In this document: one piece after another, positions 48,885 to 61,500 of the stretch
Numbering within the stretch: position 1 is the first letter of the stretch
Layout of the letters: every line of letters starts with the position of its first letter
From: Paraphysomonas bandaiensis
Taxonomy: Eukaryota; Protista; Chrysophyceae
Length of the DNA stretch: 64,000 nucleotides
Direction of reading: 5' to 3'
Assembly (NCBI GenBank): GCA_965644295.1
Contig: CBFFRP010000288.1
Location: forward strand, 124,001 to 188,000
Notes under the pieces: model-generated
The model's input: the letters and a program-made list of their open reading frames with translations, nothing else
Database searches by the model: none
Told to the model about the DNA's origin: nothing
Translations under genes and position numbers: made by a program

Positions 48885-50205
48885 GAACTATAACCATCTC
48901 ACTAAACACCACTATACCATCTCACTATACACCCATACCATATTACTATGCATCACTATACCATCCCACTATATTATACCACTATAATACCATCTACTGC
49001 ATACCACTATACCATCTCACTATACACCCATACCATATTACTATGCATCACTATACCATCCCACTATATTATACCACTATAATACCATCTACTGCATACC
49101 ACTATACCACCTAACTATACATCACTACACTATCTCACTATACACCCATATACCATTTCACTATACACCTACGTATGGGACAAATCATACGCGATGGGCA
49201 GAAACCAAGCCAAAGGAAAAACCGGGCCTGATCACATAACAACGGCCTCAGCATGCGCAGACTGTGCACTCCCAATCGACAACATGGCACACATGCTTCT
49301 CACCTGCACACACCCGGACCTCACTCACATACGTGAAGATGTTCACCAAGCACCACAACAAGTTCGACAAACTTCGCACACGCACGCTCCCCCATCCCTG
49401 GTTTCACACCGCCATAATCAAACTAGCAAAAGCCGCATGGAATCCACACACACCCCAGGCTGAGCGCTACTGGACCGGCCACATTACTGCCACACAATTG
49501 ACCGACGCATTCGGACGCCACATATCCAGCTCACTGCTCGAACATCAGTTCCACGTTCTCGAAAAATCCGTAACCTCTATCCTCCTTCCCCTATATGGTG
49601 GAGGTCTCAGACATCACAACACAGACACGGCATCAGTAACACCGATTACGACCCCACCACACTCACAGCAACGCCCGTCGCAGGATACTCACCCGACACC
49701 AAAAATACTCCAACTACTCCTAGCGACATCCACCCCAAGAATTCTATCCGCTGCAAGAGTCCGAACCCGACAGAGACAAGCACCACCACTCCGGAAACAA
49801 CTTCTCCTTACTTGTGGTCGAAATCCCACCTCGACAACGAGCACCATCTACACCACCGACTTACACTCTCAACCATCCCCCGTAAAACTCACGATACAGG
49901 CCCGGCAGACACACTGCCTAAAGGCAGACCCCCCGATTAACCTCACTGCAAGGGACGGTTGAACCATGGTGCTCAAGCAGTCCCGAGACGGTAGCCAGCC
50001 ACTAGTAGTATATAGTGAGTCGAGTTATTAGTTATTCTATAGATGTAAAACTAGTTTCTGTACGCAACCGTTCTCATGTAATAATCAGATATTCTTTTAT
50101 ATTTCACTATACACCCATATACTACCTCACTATACATCACTATATTATACCACTATACCATCTCACTATACATCACTATACCATCTCACTATATACCACT
50201 ATATA
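48885..50205. repeat. (CACTATACCAT)-type minisatellite split by a LINE insertion
   Basis: Degenerate CACTATAC units at 48885-49169 and 50101-50205. Confidence 0.85.
49170..50100 (+). mobile_element. 5'-truncated non-LTR retrotransposon (LINE) fragment, 931 bp
   Basis: Abrupt C/A-rich, higher-GC composition; CX2CX8HX4C knuckle CADCALPIDNMAHMLLTC; frameshifted ORF ending ARDG-stop; 15-bp direct flanks ATTTCACTATACACC (49155-49169, 50101-50115). Confidence 0.78.
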
Positions 50206-51948
50206 CTAATAATGCAGGACTTTATAGAAGTACTACTCTATTCTAGAAGTTATTGGACACAATCATTCAAAATAATTAAACTGCATTTAGCTAAATATGT
50301 AGATATTTATATGCAATAATGCTGAGTATTTCTTTAAGTTGTAAGCGATTGAAGGCTGCTTTTTGAGAATTTTATATTGTAATTGTTACTGGATAATTGT
50401 CATAACTAAGCAATGACAGAAGTTATATTATCAGGGAAAACTTATATATATAGTGACTGTACATGATCTAATATTATTGTAACACTTTGGTAGTAGTGAC
50501 AAAATCAATATAGTGAACGACAATAAAAAATATTGATGCAAACTGGTTTTTATAATACCAATGTGTTTTACGTGTTGTGTGAGATCAGTTACTTACGTCT
50601 AATCATTTACATGTTAAATTCGAAGTTGAAATATAGTGGCTCATATATACACTTTTATTAAAAAATTGATGAAATAATTTATAGATATTATTGAATAAAT
50701 ATTATTTTTGCTTTAGCATGACATCAGCCGTTTTCCACAGCCAATATTCACAACATTTTTCATGGACATATATAATACTCACAGCTTCCTTCTTTTTAGC
50801 TAAATTCAAATACTTCTATTTTCCACAATTTTAATTTGCAAACGGCGCTGCTTATTTTTTCAAAAATGCAAAAGTAGGGAGACTTTAGGCTTACATCCTC
50901 CACTACATACACCATCAAATCGATGACGATGCTCTACACGTACAAAATCACTTCCAACATGCTTCAATTCTCATAATATGCACCATATTATGATTGGCAG
51001 AGGACACGGTAAACTCCTTATGCACCGATTGGCTTGTTTTATTTCTGATGACGTGCTTCCAGACACTGCAAGCCTTATTGTGGATCTTGAAGCGTATGTT
51101 CGAGATACTTTCTGTCCTTCACCCTGTACATATACATATGTCCTACGATCTTGTGAGTGCTTAGCACTGTATATTACAGTTACCGTATAGTGTCACTGTA
51201 TGTGTGCTGTTCACGCCTTGTCGGGCTCAATCACCCTTGCTGTAAAACTGAAGTAATATATATATATAAGCAAGAAAGTAGTAAAAATTATTATAAACAA
51301 TATTCTTTACACTATCAATATCTTCATAGTTACTTATTGTGCATATTTAAACCCTTTTCCGACCATCATCAAATATTCACCAGGTTTGGGTATATTTGTA
51401 ATGCAGCGAAGACCCTCATTAACGATGAATTCATCGATGCCATGGTCTTTAGACCAGGAAACTGTAAGAAGACATACATGGACCATCCTCAGTTCCTGAA
51501 TGGATGTGCGTGGGTTACAGCACAGTGTCTAATTATAGGCAGTGTTGCTTCTCTGATGGCATCTTGTGATTGCGAGGTTTGATTCTTGATTCCCATGAAC
51601 TACACCAGACTTGGTCATGAGAAACTGCTTTTATACAATAACTGCATGTATTAATCGATGGCAAGAGTACTAGAGTATGCTCCAATTATGTTTGAGTAAA
51701 ATACCATAAATACCTAGTCAACTATATAAACATGAAATAATGAAATTATTCAATGACTAGAATTTCTCACCACTGACTAGGTTGTAAACCAATTTCGGTG
51801 TGACTAGCAAACTACACCAAACAGGATAGGTCCAATAATAGATACTAGATCCCATTCAATGAATTGTCTCGAGATGAAGCAATATTACATAAGCATTACG
51901 TAGTGTCTAGATTAAAAATACGAAAAACGCTGAAAGCTGATAACTATA

Positions 51949-53496
51949 TTAACATCCTATGACTGACAATAATTTTGCTTTTCTCTTGTCATCAATACAT
52001 TGGACAAGATAAGCAACTTTAGAAGTTTCAACTGAAGATTTATCTTTTTCATTCACCGGAAGCCGCCATATAAAACCCTGACTAGTGTGGTCCGATTGAA
52101 GTGTCTCGATTAAAACTTTTGAAGTTAATTTTCCAGTTGTCTCGTCTACAATACCACACGTTAGGGTACCCATGTCAGACGAATAGCTATGGAGCACTTC
52201 AAGTTTAACAGACCCGACTCCATAGTTCAGCGTGGTAGTCACATTAAACACTATTTTTCGCCGTGTTGGTAAGGATTTTGCATTGGGAAGAATTAGCCAG
52301 CCCGGTTTACCAGCTACATCTTCCCCATAGAACCAGTCCGGACCATGCTTCAGTGGTACAAAGGTGTGGGAGTCGTGCACTGACATATACGAAGTTGGTG
52401 TAACAAGACATTTCCAATCGGACGGTGTAGTGTTGATCGGACTGGAGGCAGACTCCACGTATTTCTGCCAGTTTATATCTTGCTCTGAACTAAAATGCAT
52501 ACATTCGTTGTAAAGTGCACATCCGTAAAGTTCAAGCAGAGAAAAATATAGAACATGAGAGATAAAACGATGAGATTTCGGTGGTGGATGAAAAGTAAGT
52601 GTGTCCCACAATCCTAAAGCTGCATTTCTATAATAATACTTGTCACGGTGTCCTCGGCCACAAAACTGTGCAGCAATATTCGCATAAGAGATAAGCGGAA
52701 TTTTGAGTTGCAGCAACGGACACCAATGGAATGCGGAAGCAACATCAATCGGACACTCTCGTCGAATAGTCAGGCGAGATTTTTTGTTAATCTTGATCGT
52801 CTTGTTTTTAAATGAACATTGGTCTATCTCCGATGCTTTCCTCACCAATGGGTAATCGTACCACTGACTTGAATAAGTTTCAAAGTAAATAATACCAGTA
52901 CTTTCATTGGTGAACTTCAGTAACAAGTCCATTAAGATTCGCCCATCATAATTCTCCTCGTCATTAGCATGAAATATACCACTTTTACTTCTATCATTAA
53001 CTGTTATATCCACCACAACGACATGCGCCTTTGAAAGGTACGGTGAAAAAACAGGAAAATGTGACTGGGCTTGTGCCATTGAGTGACAAGCAGGGATTGC
53101 CAGGTTAGTAACATTGACAGCTATATTCTGAGGGAACACACTAGTGAGATCTTGGAGAGAATCAGACCATCGTTTTGCAGGAGGACGAATACTTACACCA
53201 TGAGGGACTGATCCACCTAACACAACTATATTTAATTTCTTTTCTAATGTAGCCCGTTTAAAGGCGTGATTTAATAGGGATAAATTCCCCCTATATCCAT
53301 GAGGAGATAATCCATGCCATATGACTTCTTGTGATAGTACAGGGTATGTATGATAGATGATATCAGTGGATATATTGGTATAACGATTATGTAGATTATG
53401 TCTATATGAGAGGGAGTTATTCCATTGAAATTGAGTTGACTTTGTTAAGGATGAATGAACTGTAATCAGATATTGTAATAGAAGAATCCATATCAT
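51949..53496 (-). CDS. Secreted SGNH/GDSL hydrolase-like protein, intronless (~515 aa)
   Basis: Signal peptide MIWILLLQ; block I VVLGGSVPHG, block II NLAIPA, block III DITVND, block V TFHPPPKSH. Confidence 0.78.
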   Translation of the reverse strand: MIWILLLQYLITVHSSLTKSTQFQWNNSLSYRHNLHNRYTNISTDIIYHTYPVLSQEVIWHGLSPHGYRGNLSLLNHAFKRATLEKKLNIVVLGGSVPHGVSIRPPAKRWSDSLQDLTSVFPQNIAVNVTNLAIPACHSMAQAQSHFPVFSPYLSKAHVVVVDITVNDRSKSGIFHANDEENYDGRILMDLLLKFTNESTGIIYFETYSSQWYDYPLVRKASEIDQCSFKNKTIKINKKSRLTIRRECPIDVASAFHWCPLLQLKIPLISYANIAAQFCGRGHRDKYYYRNAALGLWDTLTFHPPPKSHRFISHVLYFSLLELYGCALYNECMHFSSEQDINWQKYVESASSPINTTPSDWKCLVTPTSYMSVHDSHTFVPLKHGPDWFYGEDVAGKPGWLILPNAKSLPTRRKIVFNVTTTLNYGVGSVKLEVLHSYSSDMGTLTCGIVDETTGKLTSKVLIETLQSDHTSQGFIWRLPVNEKDKSSVETSKVAYLVQCIDDKRKAKLLSVIGC

Positions 53497-55226
53497 GGTA
53501 ATGGAGTAGAGAGATATATACATATATATATATATGGAGATGTTCATATATATATATATACATACTAGAGTGCTGCGTGTCATGAAGTGGGTGCATAGAT
53601 TGTATCGGCAATCAGCATCTTATTTTTCGGCAATAAATTGAATCCAATATTCTCTATATTACTGCAATACAACTACGACTGGAATACAGATAATTGTTGT
53701 CTCAATATTAGAGGCATATTTGAACGAAAATACACAAAGGATGCCGATACGCTTCATCAGTACGAGGTTGTGTACAAGTACATGGCCACTATTAAAGGCC
53801 CTGAAATCTACGGATTAGGGAATTTTTGAAAATGAATTTCTAGATTTAGGCGTTTTATAGTACGCTATCAGTGTAAAACCCATAGATTATAAGATTTTTC
53901 TGCTACGATCGTAGTGCTAGCCTATCCGTTAACGTATGGTTGCGAGTGTATTCCACTGTATTTCATGGTATTGTAAGTAACGGTCTTATTGCCTTTGCAA
54001 GCAATGCATATTCAAGAATTCACAGCAACAGTAAGTGTATGAATGACACCTGCTATGTTTAGTCGGTCCCTCAATTCGATTGTTGAACATATTTCATTTA
54101 GTGTCCCTAGGCTTAACCATTATCATTCATACATATAGTAGAATCCGATTTGTAGTAAATAGTCGGCGGTCAGTTGATGCACGAGCCCGCAAATTTTGTC
54201 ATGGAGAATTTTTCAACACCATAAACAATTCTATTAGAAATATACTTTTCAATCTTAAAGATGATTAGGATCATGTCTGACATGAACTTTGACGACATTA
54301 TGGCCCGGCCCACTGCACTGATATTAGTAGGTATTTTTCATGCATGAGTTTTATTTCAAGTGCTTGAACTCAGGGGCCGTATATCTCTCAAACTGTTACC
54401 TTGCATTCTGTTTTCGTAGTTTATTTCATTGGGATACTTACAATGCGGTAACATTTTATATGTCTAATACTGCCCTGGAATGCAAACGAGCCAAGTGCAG
54501 CGAATGTGTTGCGTATGGAGCAATAGTATATCTGTAGATATCTGCTAATAATTAGTCAACAATTTCTTCTCAATTTAGACTATTTTGACTAGCAAGATAC
54601 TGTCATTCATCAAATTGACATAAATGTAACGGTAGTATAACATCAATGTTATTAAAGTAACTGCTTAAGGTTGACACAGTTGGAGCGATAAGAAGATAAT
54701 CCTCTGTAAGATATATTCTTGTATTTACCTATCAAAACGTAAATCCCCTAATATTTTTACGAGGTTAAAATATATGAGAGTGCGATTGATATTTTCCAGA
54801 TTGAGTAGGGTTAAAAATACATGGCCACGTATGTACCCGAAATATATGTATATTTATTTATTGCAGTATCAATATTGGTCAATACAATAAATAAATATAA
54901 AAATACATTACACTTACTATCTCTCCTACTATAATCATTGCGTACTGTGCCATACAGAGCTCAATTTCGAGTGAATTATTCATATACCCTCCCCTAAAAT
55001 TTACTACTACACGATACCACAATACTCAAAGCATATTTTATTATATGGCTACTAAAAGCCGATACCACAATACTAAAAACGAACTGAGGAAAGTACTTCA
55101 TAGTTTATTATTGTTACTTTTCATATATATATAGGGCACTATTTAACTTGTGAGGTTAGCATCGTAGATATATATCTGCAATGGCTATCATTTAAATTGC
55201 AAGTAACTCCACAAATCTGCCGCTGC

Positions 55227-57174
55227 TTATACTTTCAGCATGCGTGTACTATCACTTTCATTATCACCGCCAGTGGCACGCTTGCCATAAAAATATATCG
55301 CAACTTGAAACAAAATAAAGACAGCTATACACACTGCAGCTGTTAACGCGACTAACTCCCAATCCTTCCAGTCTCCGTTATCATCATCATTGTCAGTCGA
55401 AGAGTCGCCTGTATCAGTCATTGACTCTACAGATGACTTGAGGGGATCCTGAATGCAATTCACATCGACGCTTGAAAGGGCAATTGATTTGAATGTTTCC
55501 CATGGGCAGTACACCTCGCCACACTCAGGGATCACCAACTGCAAAAAAAGCACGTTACTCACGTTATCTACCATTGGAATAACATAGACACAAAAGTAAA
55601 AGTTCACATTTCATACTTCGGCAATAGCGGGAGGATTATCAAGAGAAAGTACTTCTGCGTTCCTCTGCTGATCTGGTCCAGCGGCGTCATAGTGAAGCTA
55701 TTGCATACAACATAAGCAAATATAAGCAGAAAATTCGACAACAGAACACAAGATGATGAAAAGGGCCAACCATGTCGACTAATATATGCTTCACCATATA
55801 TACCTTCACGTAGTATGTTGAGTCAGCTTTGGACTTCCAGAGTTCAAAGGAGAGAGTTCCACCAGTGGTAGCGACGCGGTTGGAGTTTCCGAGGGGGATC
55901 CAGTTAAGGTCCAGTAACCGCTGCAAGTAGAGGATATTCATGTCGTGCGACACAAGGAGAAGAAGCTGTGTACCAATATCCTATGTACACACAATAACAT
56001 TTAATTGATGTAAACACAATAATTACATAGTACTCCGCAGCTAACCATACAATACCACTAAGTCTTAACGTCATACTACCTGCACAACACCAGATACTGG
56101 TGACCCAGATATATATTGCTCCATGGATGCAACGATGTAGGCCAACTGCTCACTACTGTATGACAAAGAGTTCCTGCATCGCACTATTAACAGTATAACG
56201 CCCACATGATACATACACCGGGTCACACCCACAGGGTCCATACACATACACTCATCAATGAGATAACATTGAAATAAATATGGTGTACACACAACGTACC
56301 AGTAATTTGTTCCAAACCACAGTGTCTGAATGTGCATTTCATACATGTCTCTTAGCTGTGAGAGCGTAACAAGATTAAAAGCCCAGTCGGTCAGGTTGCT
56401 CATATATTGCAGCATCCACGTCTCAGCGAAATACTGAGCATAATATACCGGGCTTTCGAACATGCCTTGATAATACTGCCCTGTCCAAGTATAACCAGTT
56501 TCAAATAGTGTGCATGCTTCGGTGTCAGGGTCGAATTTAGGGTTTGCATATTGGCAAATGTATGCGTCAGCTGGCATGGCCAACACATCAATAACTCCTT
56601 GAATTTCATTATCGTACATTTCCGTTAAAGCATCCACATCACCCCCATAAAGACCATTAACCTGTTCTTCTGTTGCAAGTGGGCACCCAGAGTCAAAGTG
56701 GTCAGACAAGACAGGTTGCATAGAAGGGTATGACTCGTCGTTGACCACGTTAACTGGCACTGAGGAGCACCCGAAGCCTTGCAACCACAACTCAGCAGTA
56801 TTAATATCTCTACTAGAATCATCTGCAAAACACATAATGTTTTCACAAGCAGATAAATCCAAAGAATCATTTAAAAATCTTTCCGAATAATAAGATCCCA
56901 TATATGGTATTATTTTCTGTCCATGTGGAGTTAAGTGCTGATCTGCAAATGATTCATAGTCCATTCCCCATGATGTGTTATCAGGGAATAGTTTATTAGT
57001 ATATGATGTGAAATCAGTGACAGTTCCATTAGTAGGAGGATAAGGGGTACGTATACCGTGTCGAGATACTATGATTACTTGGACGAGCTCAAGATCAGAG
57101 GCATGGGTATAGAGACACTGTGTGTATGCTGTTAGTAGCAATACGAGAGTGTGGATATGAGTGTGATGTAGCAT
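55227..57174 (-). CDS. Histidine acid phosphatase (phytase/glucose-1-phosphatase-like), signal peptide and C-terminal TM, multi-exon
   Basis: SRHGIRTP, LTPHG, ADDSSRD, VSHDMN, GGTLSFELW; TM LVALTAAVCIAVFILFQVAIYFY. Confidence 0.9.
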
Positions 57175-57320
57175 TATTAGGGATGTGGTTTGATATTAAG
57201 GAACTGGGAGGTTATGTTACAGAAATTATGGATCCCTGCATCATATGTTGTTCATATATGGTACATCTATCTACAGTATCCATCAATCCTGTAACTGTGA
57301 ACCATACGTACATCTATATA

Positions 57321-57841
57321 TACATACATACATACATACATACATACATACATACATACATACATACATACATACATACATACATACATACATACATACA
57401 TACATACATACATACATACATACATACATACATACATACATACATACATACATACATACATACATACATACATACATACATACATACATACATACATACA
57501 TACATACATACATACATACATACATACATACATACATACATACATACATACATACATACATACATACATACATACATACATACATACATACATACATACA
57601 TACATACATACATACATACATACATACATACATACATACATACATACATACATACATACATACATACATACATACATACATACATACATACATACATACA
57701 TACATACATACATACATACATACATACATACATACATACATACATACATACATACATACATACATACATACATACCTACATACATACATACATACATACA
57801 TACATACATACATACATACATACAGACATACATACATACAT
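57321..57841. repeat. (CATA)n microsatellite, ~130 units
   Basis: About 520 bp with only two visible interruptions. Confidence 0.99.
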
Positions 57842-59162
57842 GATCGGGCAGGATGTGATATAGATACACCTCTGCACAGCTATGTCCTGGTTGGCTGGTT
57901 TGTTGATTGTGAGATATTGTCTACTATTTCACCACATAATTTTAGGAGATGCACAGCAATCAATCTCAACTATTCGCTGCAGTCGAAGCTCGAGGTACGT
58001 AACGACTCTAGATTGAGCACTACAATCAATGAGATAAATGTGTAGAGCTCGATGTGGTTAAGAGGAGTATCGGGTTAGAGGGCACAAATCTCAGTGTCGG
58101 TCGTGGGGATGAACATGCTGCTAGCTATGAGAACACACCCACTGTTCTGCATACCGCTATACTATCTGTTGCCAAAGCATCTAAGAATATGTCTGATAAG
58201 GATACGAAAATGGCAATCGATATCTTCAAGTACTTACTATCCTGTTGAGCAGATTACACTGTTGAGGCCAGTGGTTCGCATTTAGTGTGTGTTTGATGTA
58301 GGCCTATCAGATGATTTGTTGTATGACTCACTGTCATATGCGCTTACCTTGAAAGGGCTTCTCAACTCACCTGCATATGAGTCGTCAATTATTCACTTGA
58401 CGGATATTATAACTGAGATGGACAAAAAAAGAAACAATACAGATAAATCTGAGCCAGTTATTGTAATGATCAGTGGTACAAGTAGGTTTGCGTCACTTTT
58501 GGATGATTCGGATTTTGCTGATGTCATATTTCAATTTAATTCTGGCATTTTGAAAGCACACAAGGTAATTCTTGCAAGTGCAAGTAACAAACTTAGACAA
58601 TACTTTCTCGAAAATTCCTCACACAGAGAGAAGGAGCTAATCGTTCAACCCCCCGTCTTTGTCTCCTACACAACTTTTGAGATATTTTTAAAGTATATTT
58701 ATGATCGCACTCTATCCGATGATATAATAGCACAGAGAGCTGCCTCTATGCTTGAGTTAGTATCTTACTATGAAGTAGTGGAATTGAAGCAGTTGTGTGA
58801 GAGCATAATAATACAAATTGGTTCCATCTCTTCCGAACATACTTATTCTCCACAATAGAAAATAGTTCGTCGTTCATGACTATCCATTCCAGCCACCGAA
58901 ATAAGTTCCTTGCAGCAGGAGATACTTTCTTTCTTACAAAAGACTATAAATCGCCCCCGTGAAGTCTCTCACTTCCCAAAATTCTCTCGAGTTCCTCTCG
59001 TCAAGAAAAATCCGCATGCTTGGTGCCCTTCTTGGCTATATGATTCACACAACTCGTGTAACCTCGCAGTATATCTTGTTAAAGGAGATCATTGCACAAC
59101 GAACAATAAGATACAGAGCACTGAGAGGATTCTCTGAAACCACTCAGAAGAAGACTCTGTAA
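57840..59162 (+). pseudogene. Probable ankyrin/BTB-POZ pseudogene
   Basis: BTB motif FADVIFQF..LKAHKVILASAS..FEIFLKYIY..LKQLCE at 58500-58810; upstream TPLH/TVLHTAI fragments lie in different frames with stops; no clean start. Confidence 0.62.
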
Positions 59163-59498
59163 ATTACACTGCCATCGATTGTTTTGGCCATCATCATTGC
59201 TTAATGTGCTCTATATATGTATAAATACCGTAGTTGTGTACTTTGGGGAAAAATAGTGTTTTTATGAATGTTTTCAATGATTATTTTAGAGTTTTTGGGT
59301 ATATTCCTACGTTGCTATGGATATCGCTCAGGACACTATTCTCTAACTGTAGAATGCATTAAGAAGATAGTGAACAAGGTTGCCACAGAGTGCCTGTAGA
59401 GTTGCATGAACATTGTTGTCTAATATTGTTTAGAGTTTCTTCGGAGTACAGAGGAGATACTATACTCTTAAGAACACTCAGCTCTATATATAGCAGTA

Positions 59499-59640
59499 CA
59501 GGTCATTAATGGGATACCATTAATGGCCCATTAATGGTAGTCCAATTCCCCGCAATTTTAATGGCATTAATTAAAAATGTCCCGGCAATTATAATGGCAT
59601 TACCATTAATGCCATTACCATTAATGGTTACCAGGCCCTG
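59499..59640. mobile_element. Short hAT end or MITE-like remnant
   Basis: Right end CCATTAATGGTTACCAGGCCCTG with multiple CCATTAATG motifs; left end CAGGTCATTAATGG eroded. Confidence 0.7.
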
Positions 59641-60481
59641 TAATAATATGCGAACTGGCATTGTCAAATGTAATGACCAACTTGATACTTGCCTACAATT
59701 GCAATGCAGAACGACTGAAAGAAAAATGTATTAATATCATTAGATCGAATGCAACTGCCTTAAAGGAGAAGCAAGAAGTTTTTGTGCAAGAAGTCGCACA
59801 CTGAAATATGGAACGACATAAAGTATTTGTTCAAGCAACGCCTGTCTGGTTCTTTTGAAGCGGATGATTCACTACCGTCGAAAAAGCGTCAAAAATGATT
59901 GGAATGATAAATATATAAATATTAATATTTTGAATTTATGAAGTATTTGACTACTGTGTTGACATCTGAGTTCGTGAACGACTAGCCTAACTTTTATAGT
60001 TTTTTTGTGACGACTAGTTATTATAGAAACTATTTTATATTTTATCATGTACAATCTATTGGATATATGGCCAATCCAATAAAACCCATGTCCTAATGCT
60101 AAATAATAAGACTTTCAATATAACCATGTCATGAATACAGGAAGTATACGATATACTAGATTTTACACAAAACCTATCTTACCGTGTACATCTGCAGCAA
60201 TGATAATAACTAATAATATAGGGCTGTCACGCATACTCCTCTACGCAGTTGCTACTACTCTTAGTCCTACAGACCCCTTTGAAACTATTTACACTACGCT
60301 CGTAGTGATGTATAGGCATAAGAGGAGCAAACATACTACACTCGGTAGCTAGAGTAAAATGCCAACGACAGTGATAAACAGCATTTCTGTGCATAAAAAT
60401 CCTTTCCAATCTAATGTTTAGATATATGTAACGAAATAGCTCGATTGATATGACTAGTTCAGGTGAAATAGTTAGTTACGT

Positions 60482-61105
60482 TTAAAGAATGATTCCTTCG
60501 TATTTCTGCTGGAACCAGTTCATAGAATCTTGCTTGGTCACTTTGTGCCCACGGCCGACCTTGGCAGGCTTGCACTTGCGGCGAGATACTCTGTACCCAG
60601 GCCTAATAAGGATGACGAAGAAGTCCATGCCGAAAATTCCAGTGGAGGGATCGTACTTGAGGCCAAGGTCAATGTGCTCGTTGATTCCGAAACCAAAGCA
60701 CCCAGTGTCGCAGAAGTTGACCTTCTTCAACTCATACTCCTTAACCTTAAGAGCACGGTCGAGGATCTCCTGGGCCTTAAAGCCACGGACCTGCAAACAC
60801 CATCACCAACCCAGAAGAAATATATGCACTCATGCTTACAGTGACGTGCACAGAGATTTTCTCGTTTCTTCGGATACCGAAAGAACGGACGGTGTAACGG
60901 GCTATATAATAAAATAAATATAAAGCAACTTATACACTATAGGCTAGTTACCCTTGGAGTAGACAGGCTTCTTGTCAGTCAACTGCTCCAAAACCTTAGC
61001 GGCCCTGGTAAGGCGATCGCCTGACTCACCAACACAGCAATTGATAACAAGCTTATCAATCTTAAGCTGGCGCATCACATTGGAACTCTTATCTCCTTCA
61101 GCCAT
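60482..61105 (-). CDS. RPL11: 60S ribosomal protein L11 (uL5), 3 exons
   Basis: [68 protein letters not shown]. Confidence 0.98.
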
Positions 61106-61500
61106 GGTTCACTAATTCACCTGAAAGGAATAATCCACCTATTGGGCTATTATACAATGGAGTTGGTGAGGTCTTTTATTTATTTTCTTTCACAGCCACA
61201 AGAGGAATGTGGAGGTTTGGTTTCCTATTATAGTATCTTGAAGAGATTTTCAGTCATCAAATTGAGTTGTGTGTGGTATGTAATCTTTTATATATACTGC
61301 TGCTCTCGTATATAGAATAGATTTTTTTTTTTGGTGCGGAGTGTGTGTGTAGAGTGCTGTATGTGGTATACAATACACGCTCACTGTATTCCCACTGTAG
61401 AATATTCAGCTCCCATAGTGCCCATATCTGATAACATTAAGCTCATTATGTACATATATATTGCGAAATAGTATGTATGTAAAGTAGATTATTAATAATA

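Noticed and set aside
53640-54850. Possible second Crypton or other TE relic
   Set aside because: Only a short GTACCCGAAATAT match to ~28998 and an AVGRA fragment; not enough evidence.
57120-58045. Long YIHT/MYVC ORFs (also at 20731-21209 and 13365-13704)
   Set aside because: Translations of a stop-free tetranucleotide microsatellite.
60489-60917. Antisense ORFs over RPL11 (likewise over DnaJ, Copia pol and CCDC81)
   Set aside because: Shadow ORFs of well-supported genes on the opposite strand.
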